The notes under the pieces were generated by a model that worked only from the letters and a program-made list of their open reading frames with translations, was not told the origin of the DNA and did not search any database. A stretch of 64,000 nucleotides of DNA from Hypanus sabinus. Lineage: Eukaryota. Numbering within the stretch: position 1 is the first letter of the stretch; each line of letters begins with the position of its first letter. Shown here piece after piece: positions 38,881 to 51,800 of this stretch. Where the stretch lies: contig NC_082711.1 of assembly GCF_030144855.1 (NCBI RefSeq), forward strand, positions 118,296,001 to 118,360,000, written 5' to 3'. Position numbers and translations under genes: made by a program.

Positions 38881-39361
38881 TACAAATGTGAAAGATCTTC
38901 TTTTTTGTACTCTGTTTCATTATACCCTACAACTAATAAAATCAGAAGAATGCGAATTATCAATTGTCTAGGTATTTATAGTATGCACATTACAGAGAAA
39001 TTTCATGTGCTGTGAAGTTTCCAGGCTGTTTAATGATTTCCTGCTCAGAACAAAGGTGCAGTTGTAAAAAATGTTTGCGTGAATGCTGATATCCAGCTTG
39101 ATCCCAGCTTCCTACCGTGGCTCCATCCCTGCAGGTCGCAGTGTCTCGATTCACCTGTGTGCTGCTTGGATGTGGTAGGGCCTTTGCCTTTTCACCCTAC
39201 CCATCAGCAAGTCCCAGATGTCCTGGCCCTCTTTGAGAAACCCCTTGATTCTGTCTCCTCCACCACCACAAATTTGTGCTTCGTGTCAACCCGACTGTCC
39301 AGGAAAACAGGTCCTCGTGAGCTTGTATTCAATCCTCTGTTTGGTAGTAAGAGTGTAATCT

Positions 39362-39755
39362 TAAACACACAGATGCTGGAAATCCAGAGCAACACACACA
39401 AAATGCTGGAGAACTCTGCAAGTCAGGCAGCATCTATGGAGAGGAAGCCTTCCTCAAGACTGGATAGGAAAGGGAAAGAAGCTGGGATAGAAAGGTGGAG
39501 GTGAGTGGGGTTCAAGAAGAGGTCAGCAAACAGCCTGTCCTCAGAGATCAAAGGAGAGGAGAGAGAGGTCAGAAATAGACTTAGTCAATCTCAGGGTGGA
39601 AGTTGGAGGCAAAGTTGACAAACTCCCCCATCTTCTTCTCCCTTCCTTTCCAATCCTGTTGAGGGGGTCTCGGCCCAGAACGTTGACTCTTTTTTCCTCT
39701 CCATAGATGTTGCCTGAGCTGCTGAGTTCAGCCAGCATTTTGTGTGCATTGCTCT
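39362..39755. mobile_element. Pair of oppositely oriented Penelope tail fragments
   Basis: 39385-39445 and 39697-39755 are near reverse complements of each other; a degenerate hammerhead-like motif lies at 39654-39688. Confidence 0.7.
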
Positions 39756-39894
39756 GGGAGCAGAATCTTCCTGCTCTTACATTCTTATCCTTAACTGATA
39801 AATAACATTCTGTTTGCCTGTTTAATCCCCAGTGGTCTGAGTTTTAAAGGTGACTGGACACACGGACTGATGTTCTGTTGAATCTCCACTCTGT

Positions 39895-40200
39895 GTATGG
39901 CAGCAGCTCAATGCATAAAATCCATGGTCAAGGGATCAAGTTGTTGTTCAGACCAAAGATCAGAATGGGAAAGAAATGTGATCTTTGGCTGTGGGATGAT
40001 GGCTGATGGGCTGTTTTGAGTATCTCCAAAACTGCTGATTTCTGGGATTTTCATGCACAACAGTCTCAAGTTTACAGAGAAGGGTATGTAAACCAAAAAA
40101 AAATCAATGACCAACAGATCTGTGAGCAAAAGTGCCTTGTTAGTGAGAGCAGTCAGAGGAGAATGGCCAGACTTGGCTTTGAAGTGGACAGGCTCCAGCA
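39895..40200 (+). mobile_element. Tc1/mariner DNA transposon relic (5' part of the transposase)
   Basis: aaatgtgatctttggctgtgggatgatgg...gagtatctccaaaactgctgat...cagaggagaatggccagac resembles Tc1 N-terminal HTH coding sequence; a second Tc1-end-like piece lies at ~40455-40530. Confidence 0.6.
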
Positions 40201-40559
40201 GGAGAACCCCACACCCTGCGGGTTCCACTCCCCCATCTAATAAAGAGGGCACTGACTCTACTTTTACATGACTATCAGTATCCTCATCTCTCCAATACTT
40301 TGGACAGAAACTCTTCAGAATAGAGAATGACAGCTACGGGGGCGAACAGTGGCAAATGGAGCTGAGGTGTAATGGGGCCGAGGCAGTGCAGGGCTGGGGG
40401 AGATTATGAAGTGCCCCGGGACAGGGTGTGCACAGTACATAGAGCGAGGTGGAGATCACTTTACTAGGTACACGTACACCTGCTCCTTCATGTAAATGTC
40501 TAATCAGACAATCCTGTGACTACAGAAAGTTGTAAACTCAACCATCGTGGGCGCTAACC

Positions 40560-40921
40560 AACCCAGCATTGAGCAGAACTTCAAAAAGTGGCATCTACCA
40601 TTAAGTACCCCACCACCCAGAACATGCCCACTTCTCATTGCCTACATCAGGGAAGAGGTACAGGAGCCTGAAGTCACACACTCATCATTTCAGGAAAAGC
40701 TTCTTCCCCTCCCCCATCAGATTTCTGAATGGACAATGAACCCATTCACTCGACCTCACTACTTTTTCCTTTCATTGCTCTCTGTTTTGACTGTTTATTT
40801 AATTTTATATATATATATATTCTTTATTGTTAATTGGAGTGTTTTTATCATGTACTGCTGCCTCGAAACACTAAATTTGATGACATATGCCAGTGATATT
40901 GAAACTGATTCTGATTCTGGT
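40560..40921 (+). mobile_element. Rex1/Babar-type 3' fragment
   Basis: catcagggaagaggtacaggagcctgaag...tgattctgattctgg tail. Confidence 0.7.
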
Positions 40922-41146
40922 TCTGTTCTAATTGTACGTGTTTGTACCACACTTCTCCCCGTATGCTGCTTCTCCAGGCTCGGGGCCACAGGGTCACCCT
41001 GCACGGCCACTGGCCTCATCTCCAGGGATGCAGTGGATGTGTTCCCCCAGCCCTGCACTGTCTCAGCCCAAATGTGGACACAGGCAGACAGTACATGATC
41101 TGCCCTCACCCATTAATCCAGGACCCTACACAAAGGTTTTACTCAC

Positions 41147-41467
41147 CGTACACCTTAAGTTGGATATGCTCTAAGCGTTCTTTTCCTGAATCTCTTTCTG
41201 TAACAATGACCTCATATTCATCAGCATCCTCTTTCCTCAGATCATGGATTTCCAGGCTGAAGTTTCCAGAATGAAGAGTTATTTGATTGTTGTGACTGGT
41301 ATTAAAGTACTTAATCGATCCTTGTGAGTATTGTGCTATCTTTTTTATGGGTGATAACCTTCTCCACACAACCTCATCCATGTCCTGTCTGACTGGGATC
41401 GAAGGAAACAAGGAAACCGACTGACCCAGGACTCCATTCACGATGGCAGGGGAAGCTCCAGTCCTGG
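41147..41467 (-). CDS. IgV-domain exon (no disulfide) of a CD2/SLAM-family receptor (321 bp, phase 1-1)
   Basis: Acceptor ctcctcttgtctcctcag and donor G/gtgagt; encodes VNGVLGQSVSL..EVVW..NFSLEIHDLRKEDADEY..QLKVY; joins the IgC2 exon in frame as LKVYELVS. Confidence 0.9.
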
Positions 41468-41774
41468 CTGAGGAGACAAGAGGAGGCAGTCAGAATGTGA
41501 GCTCAGTGACCGGAGGAGGAATCAGAGCTTGCAGGATCACAGACACAGGGGCAGGCCATGCAGCCCATTGTCTGGCTTCTGGCCCATGAGTGATCAGCCC
41601 CACAGTTCCTCCATCACACAGTGAGCTCATGGGGGGAACAGAGTGAAGATTCTCCGCAGCCAGGCCTGAGAATTGAAGTCATGGAGGTAGAGAGATGGTA
41701 AAGGAACTCAGTCAAGTGAACAGTTTCAGTGGAGAAGGTAGAAGCATTTGAGGAGTTTGAACAAAAGAGGAATA

Positions 41775-42005
41775 CAGCAACACTCTTACAGTTCAGCGCA
41801 TTGGAGTTCAGAATCAACTCTGGCATCCTGTGTAAGCAAGTTTGTCCATTCTTACCGTGAGTCCACCCACTGCCCAGAGACATACCGGTTAGAAGGTCAA
41901 ATGCTCTTGTAAATTGTCCTGCAGTTAAGCTCAGGATAACTCGTTGGGTAGCTCGTCTGGCCGTAAGGACCTGTCCAAGTCATATCTCTAAACCAATAAA
42001 TAAAT
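41775..42005 (+). mobile_element. V-SINE/HE1-like SINE, internally deleted
   Basis: gcaacactcttacag...ggagttcagaatcaactctggcatcc...gacataccggttag...tgtaaattgtcc. Confidence 0.65.
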
Positions 42006-42479
42006 TGTATGGGGTAAATGGGAGGGTGTGAGCCATGTGGAGGAAGGGATTTCTGAAAATGGTAAAAGACATAAACGGTGAGGTGGAGAATCGAATACGA
42101 GAGAATCTGAGGTTGGTAGCTTTGGAATAGAGATGGGCATTAGAAACGATTTAAATCAGTGATGATGTTGCTTCGTTCATGTCAGTCATGATGCAGGCCT
42201 TGGTACAATTAATGAAATTAAAGTCATATGCAAAGTGGTCATTCAGTAATCTGGGAACTTTAACAGGGAAAATTACGAACATCTCATTCTGTACTGTATA
42301 AAAGAAGGAACTGCTTATTTGGAATCCAGGATGCCCTGATTGTGAGGCAGACTCCCCGTGATATATTTTGTAAATATAGTGGGTTTGATCCCTATCTTCA
42401 AGGAGTCCAATATCAAAATAGTTAGTTCAGCTAACAGCAGGAATTAATAGCACAAGAAAGTCTGTGGGCACAGGGAACC

Positions 42480-42745
42480 CAAAGCAACACAAACAGAGTG
42501 CTGGTGGAACTCAGCAGCTCAGGCAGAATGAATAGAGAGTCAAAGTTTTGGACCAAGACACTACTTCAGGACTGAGAGGGAAGGGGGGAGGTGCCAGAAT
42601 AAAAAGGTGAGGGGAGGGAAAAGAGGCTAGCTGAGAGGTGGTAGGTGAAGCCAGGTGGGTGGGAAAGGTCAAGCGCTGGAGAAGAAGGAATCTGACAGGG
42701 AAGGAGAGTAGACCAACAAAGTGAGACTGCCTGGAAGTGCAGATA
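42480..42745 (-). mobile_element. Penelope 3' tail fragment
   Basis: Reverse complement of the 37560-37855 tail type, with a degenerate hammerhead-like motif at 42537-42574. Confidence 0.7.
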
Positions 42746-42862
42746 ATTCTCACTACAAAACACTGTCTGCTGTTGCCTAAGTTTAATACACTGGAGTATT
42801 AGATAATTCTGTTTATCTCTGAGAAAAAAAAGAGTGAATAAACCTTTATAACTTGCATTTGT

Positions 42863-43520
42863 GGAGTACCGTAGGGACATTGTTTCTGTCCCAGACTACC
42901 CACAGTTATATCAGTTTGGATACTGTAGAGACATTGTTTCTTTCCCAGACTACCCACAGTCATATCAGTGCGGAGTACCGTAGGGACATTGTTTCTGTCC
43001 CAGTCTACCCACAGTCATATCAGTGCGGAGTACTGTAGGGACATTGTTTCTGTCCCAGACTACCCACAGTCATATCAGTGCGGAGTACCGTAGGGACATT
43101 GTTTCTGTCCCAGACTACCCACAGTCATATCAGTGCGGAGTACCGTAGGGACATTGTTTCTGTCCCAGACTACCCACAGTCATATCAGTGCGGAGTACCG
43201 TAGGGACATTGTTTCTGTCCCAGACTACCCACAGTCATATCAGTGTGGAGTACCGTAGGGACATTGTTTTTATCCAAGACTACCCACAGTCATATCAGTG
43301 TGGAGTACCGTAGGGACATTGTTTTTATCCAAGACTACCCACAGTCATATCAGTGTGGAGTACCGTAGGGACATTGTTTTTATCCAAGACTACCCACAGT
43401 CATATCAGTGCGGAGTACTGTAGGGACATTGTTTCTGTCCCAGACTACCCACAGGCATATCAGTGTGGAGTACCGTAGGGACATTGCTTCTGTCCCAGAC
43501 TATCCACAGTCACAGTGTGG
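42863..43520. repeat. 55-bp minisatellite, 12 copies
   Basis: Unit GGAGTACCGTAGGGACATTGTTTCTGTCCCAGACTACCCACAGTCATATCAGTGC starts at 42863, 42918, 42972, 43027, 43082, 43137, 43192, 43247, 43302, 43357, 43412 and 43467. Confidence 0.97.
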
Positions 43521-43854
43521 AATTCTGTAATGATATTGCTCATACCTCAGACTATATCCAGTCATATCTGTGACCAAAATGATGACACCAAACCTAATAT
43601 TTACAATTTTGACAATGATACCAAATGAAGTGAGATTTAGAGTTGTATTGTGAGTGTAATGATGTTTTAAAATGACAGACAGGCTGTGTGGGTGAGTAAG
43701 ACCATGACAGATGGAGTATGTTATTGAAAAACATGAAGTTATCCTCGATCGAAAAGACAAAAGTACTAAGTTTAGTAAGTGTTGTTCAAAGGAAATAGAT
43801 CCCCTGTACACATTGTCACATGGAATCAATGTTCAGATACAGGAAGTACTTTGG

Positions 43855-44160
43855 AAGGCAAAAACAATAGATTCTGCAGATGCTGGAAATCCAGAGCAAC
43901 ATACAGAAAATGCTGGAGAAATTCAGCAGATTAGCAGTCGATGTTTTGGACCGAGACCCTTCATTGGGACAGGAAAGGATAGGGGAAGATGGCAGAATAA
44001 GAAGGAGGTGGGAGGGGAGATGCTCGACAAAGTGGCCCCTTAATTTACATCGGGTCTCACCAATGAAGAGGAAGCACTGGACAGAATTGATGTCTCAAGT
44101 CGATTTGCAGGTGAAGTGTTGCCTCATCTGTAAGGACTGTTTGGGGCCCTGAATGGAGGT
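43855..44160 (-). mobile_element. Penelope tail plus GIY-YIG fragment, internally deleted
   Basis: ctgcagatgctggaaatccagagcaac...gtcgatgttttggaccgagacccttcatt...gtgaagtgttgcctcatctgtaaggactgtttggggcc. Confidence 0.75.
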
Positions 44161-45059
44161 CTGTCCTCACTCCCACTGAGAACTTCTGTCGAAACGTTCA
44201 GAGGTGGCACAAGTGCAGAAAGAGAGAGAGACTTTGAAGCAGGTCAGCAGATCTCCGACTTCCATGAGAAATGTTGCAGAATTTGAGGAGAAGAAAATCA
44301 ATAAACACTCAGCCAATGGGGCATGATGTTACTGAAGTTATTGAGAGGGGAGATGTTTCTGGCATTTTGTATAAAGTACTTGTAAAGTCTGGATTGTTTT
44401 CAAGACCTTTGACCTCGCTGAGAGAAATAGCTCTCTCAGATGCTGAGACAGTAGAAGTTGATTTGTTTAACTATGTTTTAGAATTTAAAGATAAACAACT
44501 TGGTGATGTTCAAGTTTGTGATTTGGAGAGATGGAGTTTGGAGACTTCTCAAAACAAAGGGAAGTGTTGTTTTGACCAAGAGAGGCCATCTGCAGGTGTT
44601 ATTATGGAAACATAGAGATCTAAAGATCTTGGAAATAGATTTAATGACTTGTTTGGAAGTTCAGCGAATGGGCTTAGTTTAGAAAACATGAGTGATGGGT
44701 TGGCACCTGTGCAGGGTGAAGTTCAGGATGTCCTTGAAAGCCCTGTTTGAGCTGATCACGTGATGGTTAAGTGTTCTGTGGTGAAGGGGAAGAAAGAAAA
44801 TGGTTGATCAAACTCCATTTTGAATATAAAAAGATCTGGTTTTGCAGGAATTTGATTTTGTAACAAACTAGGTGAAAGGTAAAGGCAAAAACATGGTGGA
44901 TTGATTGGTTGTTAAGTTTAAGAATGAAATAGAAACTAGTATTTGTATAGGCTTCTGTAATGTGCTACATGTTAATCACAAATGTTTTGCTTTATATTCT
45001 GTAAACTACAGTTTAGAAAAATTTTGCTCTTTGATCAAAATTGTTCTTTCTTGGGTTTA

Positions 45060-46480
45060 TGTGTTATGTACCCCATAGATCCTATCATATTCACCTCCTC
45101 CACTGTAGCTGGCAGCCCATTCCATGCACTCACCACTCTCTGCGTAAAAAACTTACCCCTGACATCTCCTCTGTAGCTACTCCCCAGCACTTTAAATCTG
45201 TGTCCTCTTGTGGTCACCATTTCAGCACTGGGAAAAAGCCTCTGACTATCCACACAATCAATGCCTCTCATCATCTTGTACATCTCTATCAGGTCACCTC
45301 TCATCCTCCTTTGCTCGAAGGAGATAAGGCCGAGTTCACTCAACCGATTCTCATAAAACATGCTCCCCAATCCAGGCAACATCCTTGTAAACATTCTCTG
45401 CACTCTTTCAACCTTATTAATATCTTTGCTGTAATTAGTTGACCAAAACTGCACACAATACTCCAAATTTACTCACCAATGTCTTATACAACCTCACCAT
45501 TACATTCCAACTCTTATACTCAATACTTTGATTTATAAAGGCCAATGTACCAAAAGTTTTTGTTACAACCCTATACTTCTGAAACCACTTTTAGGGAATT
45601 ATGTATCTGTATTCCCAGATCCCTCTGTTTTACTGCACTCCTCAGTGTCCTACCATTTACCTTGTATGTTCTACCTTGGTTTGACCTTCCGAAGTGCAAT
45701 ACCTCACTCACACTTGTCTGTATTAAACTCCACCTGTCATTTTTCAGCCCCTTCCTCCAACTGGTGCACTTCCTCTGCAAGCTTTGAAAACCTTCCTCAC
45801 TGTCCACTACACCTCCAATCTTTGTATCATCAGCAAATTTGCTGATCCAATTTGCCACGTTATCATCCAGATCATTGATATAGATGACAAATCACAATGG
45901 ACCCAGCACTAATCCCTGTGGGACACCACTAGTCACAGGCCTCCACTCAGAGTAGCAATCCTCCACTACCACTCTCTGGCTTCTTCCATTGAACCAATGT
46001 CTGATCCAATTTATTACCTCTCCATGTATACCTAGCGACTGAATCTTCCTAACAAACCTCCCATGTGGGACCCTGTCAAAGGTCTTACTGAAGTCCATGT
46101 ATACAACATCCACTGCCTTCTTTTCATCCACATTCCTGGTAACTTCCTACAAAAACTCTAATAGATTAGTTAAACATGACCTACCATGCACAAAGCCATG
46201 CTGACTTTTTCAAATAAGTCCCTGTCTATCTAAATACTTATCTCTTAGTATTCCTTCCAATAATTTGCCTACTACTGATATCAAACTATAATTTCCCAGC
46301 TTACTTTTTGAGCCTTTTTTTCAAACAATGGAACTACATGAGCAATGGAATAACACTGGAACTTCAATCCTCCAGCACCTGATATTGACATTTTAAGTAT
46401 TTCTGCCAGGGCCCCTGCAATTTCAACACTAGTCTCCTTCAAGGTCCGAAGGAATAGCCTGTCAGGCCCTGGGGATTTAT
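45060..46480 (-). mobile_element. CR1 LINE 3' part
   Basis: VYMDFSKTFDRVPH, WISKFADDTK, EYCVQFWS, MRGDLIE. Confidence 0.9.
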
Positions 46481-46489
46481 CTACTCTGA

Positions 46490-47050
46490 AGTAATATTCA
46501 CTTATTTTTGGTATGACTTTTAAGTTTATTTTGAAAGAAAGAACTTCAGTTGTAATATTATCTACTTGGACTTATTCTTTTCTGAATACGTGATTAATAC
46601 ACTTTAGATGAATTTAAGATGGTCGTCACCAGTTACGATGTTATTGCTGTCAGACGTAACATTGCAGTATTTGAAATTTTATTATGGCTAATTTTGGTGG
46701 GATAATGGAGGATGGGGTTAAGGGTCATTAGCCTTAGCATGCAACTATCCTATCGGTCGCTTTTTTCTGGGCTTTCGGGGAGGGGGGCTATTAGAATAGT
46801 TTTTTTTTCTCGACTGGGCGGTTCTAATGAGGTTACTTTTTTTCACAAATATGTCGTCACTTCTGGTCAAATCAGTTTCTTTTGGATTAATGTGCGCTTC
46901 CACAATACTTTTCTTCATAAAACTTTAAATTAAATCTTAACCATGGATGTTAATAAGATTTTTGAATTTTCTCCCTATTTAGAAAACGGCATCAGGAAGT
47001 GTATGGTCATGCGCTTTGGTAGAAATTAAAAAAGTAGACACTGCATTCTA
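46490..47050 (+). mobile_element. L1-type inter-ORF spacer and ORF2 start, decayed
   Basis: T-rich spacer similar in style to 61600-62600, ending atggatgttaataagatttttgaatttt. Confidence 0.45.
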
Positions 47051-47064
47051 TCTGCCACTTCTTT

Positions 47065-47620
47065 GCCTATTCCCCTAATCTGCCAAAGACCTTCTGCAAC
47101 CATCCCTGCTTCCTCAACACTACCTGCCCCTCCAGTACCTTTGTATTGTCCTCAAACTTGCCCAGAAATCCATCAATTCCATCATCCAAGTCAATGAAAA
47201 GAAGTGGTGCAAACAGAAACCCCTGCAGAGCACCACTACTCTCCAGCAGCCAGCCAGAAAAAGCTCTCCGATGAGGGGAGGTTTGATAGAGGTATACAAA
47301 ACTATGAGGAGTATCGAGTAAATGCAAGCAGACTCTTTTGACTGAGTTGGGTGGGTGGAACTAGAATTCATGGGTTCAGAATGAAAGCTGAACATCAGGA
47401 CGAGCTTCTTCACTCAGAGGATGGTGAGGGTGTGGAATGAGCTGCCGGAGAAAGTGGTGAATGTGTGTTCCATTTCAAAATTTAAGAGAAATTTGGGTAA
47501 GTACATGAATGGGAGGGGTATGGAGAGTTTGCCTGGGTTTTGGTTTAATGGACTATGTAGACTTACAGTTTAGCATGATCTGGATGGGCTGAAGGGTCTG
47601 TTTCTGGGCTGAAGTGTTCC
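47065..47620. mobile_element. CR1 with an inverted 5' segment (minus 47065-47262, plus ~47270-47620)
   Basis: The left part reads FIDLDDGIDGFLGKFEDNTK on minus; the right part is a plus-strand CR1 3' end (gatgaggggaggtttgatagagg...). Confidence 0.6.
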
Positions 47621-48844
47621 ATGAGACTATGCCACTCTGAAATCCAAATAGGCCAATTAAAATATCCTGAAAAAAATGTGATATCCCCTCCCTCTCTCTG
47701 GGAGGAGTTTCTCCCTCATGTCTCCAGACTGAAAGGATGGACAGGGAAGCAGGTGCTGGAGTCTAAGAGCTGGCGGGTCTGAGTGCCCCGAACTTCTATG
47801 AAAGGCGAGGAAAATGTCAGGATGTGATAAGCACGGCATCAAATGGTGACCAGACTGGAAATACATAGTTCGATGGTCACAGCAGGAGGCCAGCAATACG
47901 TGCAGCAGAAAGAGGAACATTATTTACCATTCAGACAAGTATACGGGAGGGGGAGGGAGACAGACAGACTTGCATGAAGAAACTGATAGATGAGTTGAAG
48001 GACCAAAAAAAGGTGAGAGCTATATGAGCAAAAGGAAAAAAGGATATTGAGGGTGAAAGTGTGTGGATAGACGGAGGTATTGAGAGAGCGAGAGAGAGAG
48101 ACTTGTGGAGGTAGACCGAGATCAAGGCAGTTCAACAGAAGCTGAGGAAGTCAAGGGCTGAAGGTGAAAATTGGAATTGCGTATGTTCTGAGAAAGGGTT
48201 TGAATCAGCGGATCGGGACGTAACCACGATAAATAGTGCTTTCAGTGCTAGCACTGAAAACCTGATCACATCAAAATGTTCTGTAACCAGAGATGAAACA
48301 TTGAAATCTGACCTTACCGAGAAAGATGGCCAATACAAAAGCACAGTTCCAGGACGTCCCCATCTTCAAGCTTGTCTGGTGAGTTCGATGGCCTTGTGAC
48401 TGTCTCAGGAGGAAGTAGAGCAGGAACTGAATATGTCATCACGAGACGAGAAGTACATATTTGACAAAAGAATCATACTGGGCCCACCCAGTTCCTTTAT
48501 CTGACTCAAGTTTTAACTTTCCGATTTTGAACTACTAGCTCCCTCCTCACTACAAGCGTGCAGTACTGACAAGGCTGCTTCCACTGTGGTTTGCAGAACC
48601 GATCACCATCAGCTCTCAGCAACAGACCTCATTTCTCCGGATCATTTTCACTTCTCCCCACTGCCACACAGCCATTCCGAGCCCATTTGGAGCTTCAATT
48701 CCAGAAAAAGAAGTTGGATTGTCCGGGTGGATAAACGTTTTCAGTGGCCCGAGCCTCACTGGATCGTCCTGGTGGATCAGCTATTTCCAGCTGTCCGAGC
48801 CCCTCTGGACCATCCAGGGGGATCAATTGTTTCTAGCTGCTCAA

Positions 48845-51800
48845 ACCATAAGATATAGGAGTAGAAGTAGGCCATTCAGCCCATTGAGTCTGTTCTGCTA
48901 TTCAATCATAGGCTGATCCAATTCTTCCACTTCCCTGCTTTCACCCCATACCCCTTGATGCCCTGGCTAATCAAGAACCTATCTATCTCTGCCTTAAATG
49001 CACCCAATGACTTGGCCTCCACAGCCACTCATGGCAACAAATTCCACAGATTTAACACCCTCCGACTAAAGTAATTTCTCCACATCTCTGTTCGAAAAGG
49101 ACATCTTTCAATCCTGAAGTCCTCTTGTCCTAGACTCCCCTACCATGGGAAATAACTTTGCCATATCTAATCTGGTCAGAGCTTTTAAACATTCATTCAG
49201 ATTGTTTCTATAAGATCCCCCCTCATTCTCCTGAACTTCAGAGAATACAGCTCAAGAGGTGCTAGATGTTCCTCATATGGTAAACCTTTCGTTCCTGGAA
49301 TCATTCTCGTGAATCTTCTCTGAACCTTCTCAACTGTCAGTATTTCCTTTCTAAAATAAGGAGCCCAAAACTGCATACAATACTCCAAGTATGGCCTCAC
49401 CAGTGCCTTATAGAGCTTCAACATCACATCCCTGCTCTTATATTCTACGCCTATAGAAATAAATACCAACTTGCCTTCTTCACAACCGAATCAACCTGGA
49501 GGTTTTAGGGTATTTAGGGTATCCTGCACAAGGACTCCCAAGTCCCTTTGTATCTCTGCATTTTGACTCTGTCCTCATCTAAATGATAGACTGCCTGTTT
49601 ATTTCTTCCACCGAAGTGCATGACCATGCACTTTCCAATATTGTATTTCATTTGCCACCTCTTTGACCATTCCCTAAACTATCTAAGTCTCTCTGCAGGC
49701 TCTCAACACTACCCACTCATCCAACTGTCTTTGTATCATCGGCAAATTTACCCACATGTCTGTGAATCCCATAGTTCAAATCATTGACATACATCATAAA
49801 AAGCAGTGATCCCAACACCGACCCCAGTGGAACTCCACTGGTAACTGGCAGTCAGCCAGAATAGGATTCCTACTCTCTGTTTTCTGCTGAACACCAATGC
49901 TCCACCCACTAATAACTTCCCTGTAATTCCATGGGCTCTTAACTTGCTAAGCAGGCTCATGTACAGCACCTTGTCGAAGGTCTTCTGAAAATCCAAGTAC
50001 ACCACATCCACTGCATCTCCTTTGTCTACCCTGCTTGTAATTTCCTCCAAAAATTGCAGTAGGTTAGTCAGGCAGGATTTTCCTTTCAGGAAACCATAAT
50101 GGTTTAGGCCTATCTTGTCATGTGCCTCCAGATATTCTGTTATCTCATCCCTAACAATTGATTCCAACAACATCCCAATCACTGATGTCAGGCTAACAGG
50201 TCTATAGTTTCCTTTCTGCTGCCTCCCACCCTCTTAAATAACAATTTTCCAGTCATCCAGTACAATGCCAGAATCTATTGATTCTTCAAAGGATGCCTCT
50301 GCAATCTCTCCAGCTATTTCCTTCAGAACCCAAGGATGCATTCCATCAGATCCAGGAGATGCATCCACCCTCAGACCTTTAAGCTTCCTGAGCACCTTCT
50401 CAGCTGTAATTTGTACTGTACAAACTTCACTTCCCTGACACTCTTGAATGTCCGGTATACTGCAGATGTGTTCCACTGGGAAAAATGATGAAAAATTTAT
50501 ATTCAGTTCCTCTGCCATCTCTGCATCTCTCATTACAATATCACCAGCGTCATGTTCTATTGGTCCTATATCTACCATCAACTCTCATTTACCCTTTATA
50601 TATTTAAAAAAGCTTTTACTTTCTCCTTTGATATCAGTCATCAGCTTCCTTTCATAATTAATCTTTTTCTTCCTAATGACCTTCTTAGTTTCCCTGTGCA
50701 AAAGCATCCTAATCCTTTATCTTCCCACGAGCTTTGGCTTCCTTGTATGCCCTCTATTTTGCTTTTACTTTGGCTCTGACTTCACTTGTCAGCCACGGTA
50801 GTGTCCTTCTTCCATTCAAAAATTTCTTCTTATTTGGAATATCTGTCTTACACTTCCCTCATTTTTTGCAGAAACTCAGTTCTTGCTGCTCTGCTGTCCC
50901 TTTCCATTCAACTTTGGCTGTTTCCCTTTTCATACCATTGTAATTTCCTTTATTCCTCTGAAATATCGACACATTGGAATTCAGCTTCTCCTTCGCAAAT
51001 TTCAAAGTGAACTTTGTAATATTGTGATTACTGAACCCTAAGGGTTCCTTAACCTTAAGCTCTCTTATCACCTCTGGATCATTGCACAACACCCAATCCA
51101 GCACAGCCGATCCCCTAGTGGGCTCAACAAGCTGTTCTAAAAAGCCATCCTCCAGACATTCTAAAAATTCTCTCTCTTGAGGTCCAGTACTGGCCTGGTT
51201 TTCCCAATCCACTTTCATGTTAAAATCCCCAACAATTATCATGACATTGCCTTTCTGACATGCCTTCTCTATCTCCTTCTATCCCGGCTGTTGTTTGGAG
51301 GCATATATACAACTCCTATTAAGGTCCTTTTGCCCTTGCCATTTCTTAACTCAACTCATAGAGACTCTACACCTTCCGATCCTATGTCATTTCTTTCCAA
51401 TGATTTAATATTATTTCTTATACACAGAGCTACACCACCCCTGCTGTCTACTAACCAATCTTTCTGATATACTGTATATCCTTGAACCTCCAGCTCCCAA
51501 TGGTAGCCATCTTTTAGCCAAGATTCAGAGATGGCCACAACGTTGTATTTGCCAATCTGTAGCTGAATTTCAAGATTGTCCATTTTATTCTTTATGCTGT
51601 GTGCATTCAAATACAACACTCTCAGTCCAGTATTTGTTGCTTTCTGTTTTAGCTGCACCACACCTCTATTGCCCTATAACTCACGCCACTGGCTTTGATT
51701 AAGCCTTATCTCCTACATGTTCTTTCTATAATCTCTGTTGCACACTATCTTTGATTTATTTCTGTTTTCCTCTTCCTCAGCCCTATCACTCCGGTTCCCA

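Noticed and set aside
41856-41883. ATG exon MSLGSGWTH followed by GTAAGA as the leader of the Ig gene
   Set aside because: It has no hydrophobic core and lies on the antisense strand of a V-SINE.
42863-43520. CRISPR-like array of palindromic repeats
   Set aside because: Units are directly adjacent with no unique spacers, there are no cas genes, and the context is vertebrate.
47870-47920. MFLFLLHVLLASCC as the signal-peptide exon
   Set aside because: It is hydrophobic but has no consensus phase-1 donor after it; the 52833-53123 model has much better splice sites.
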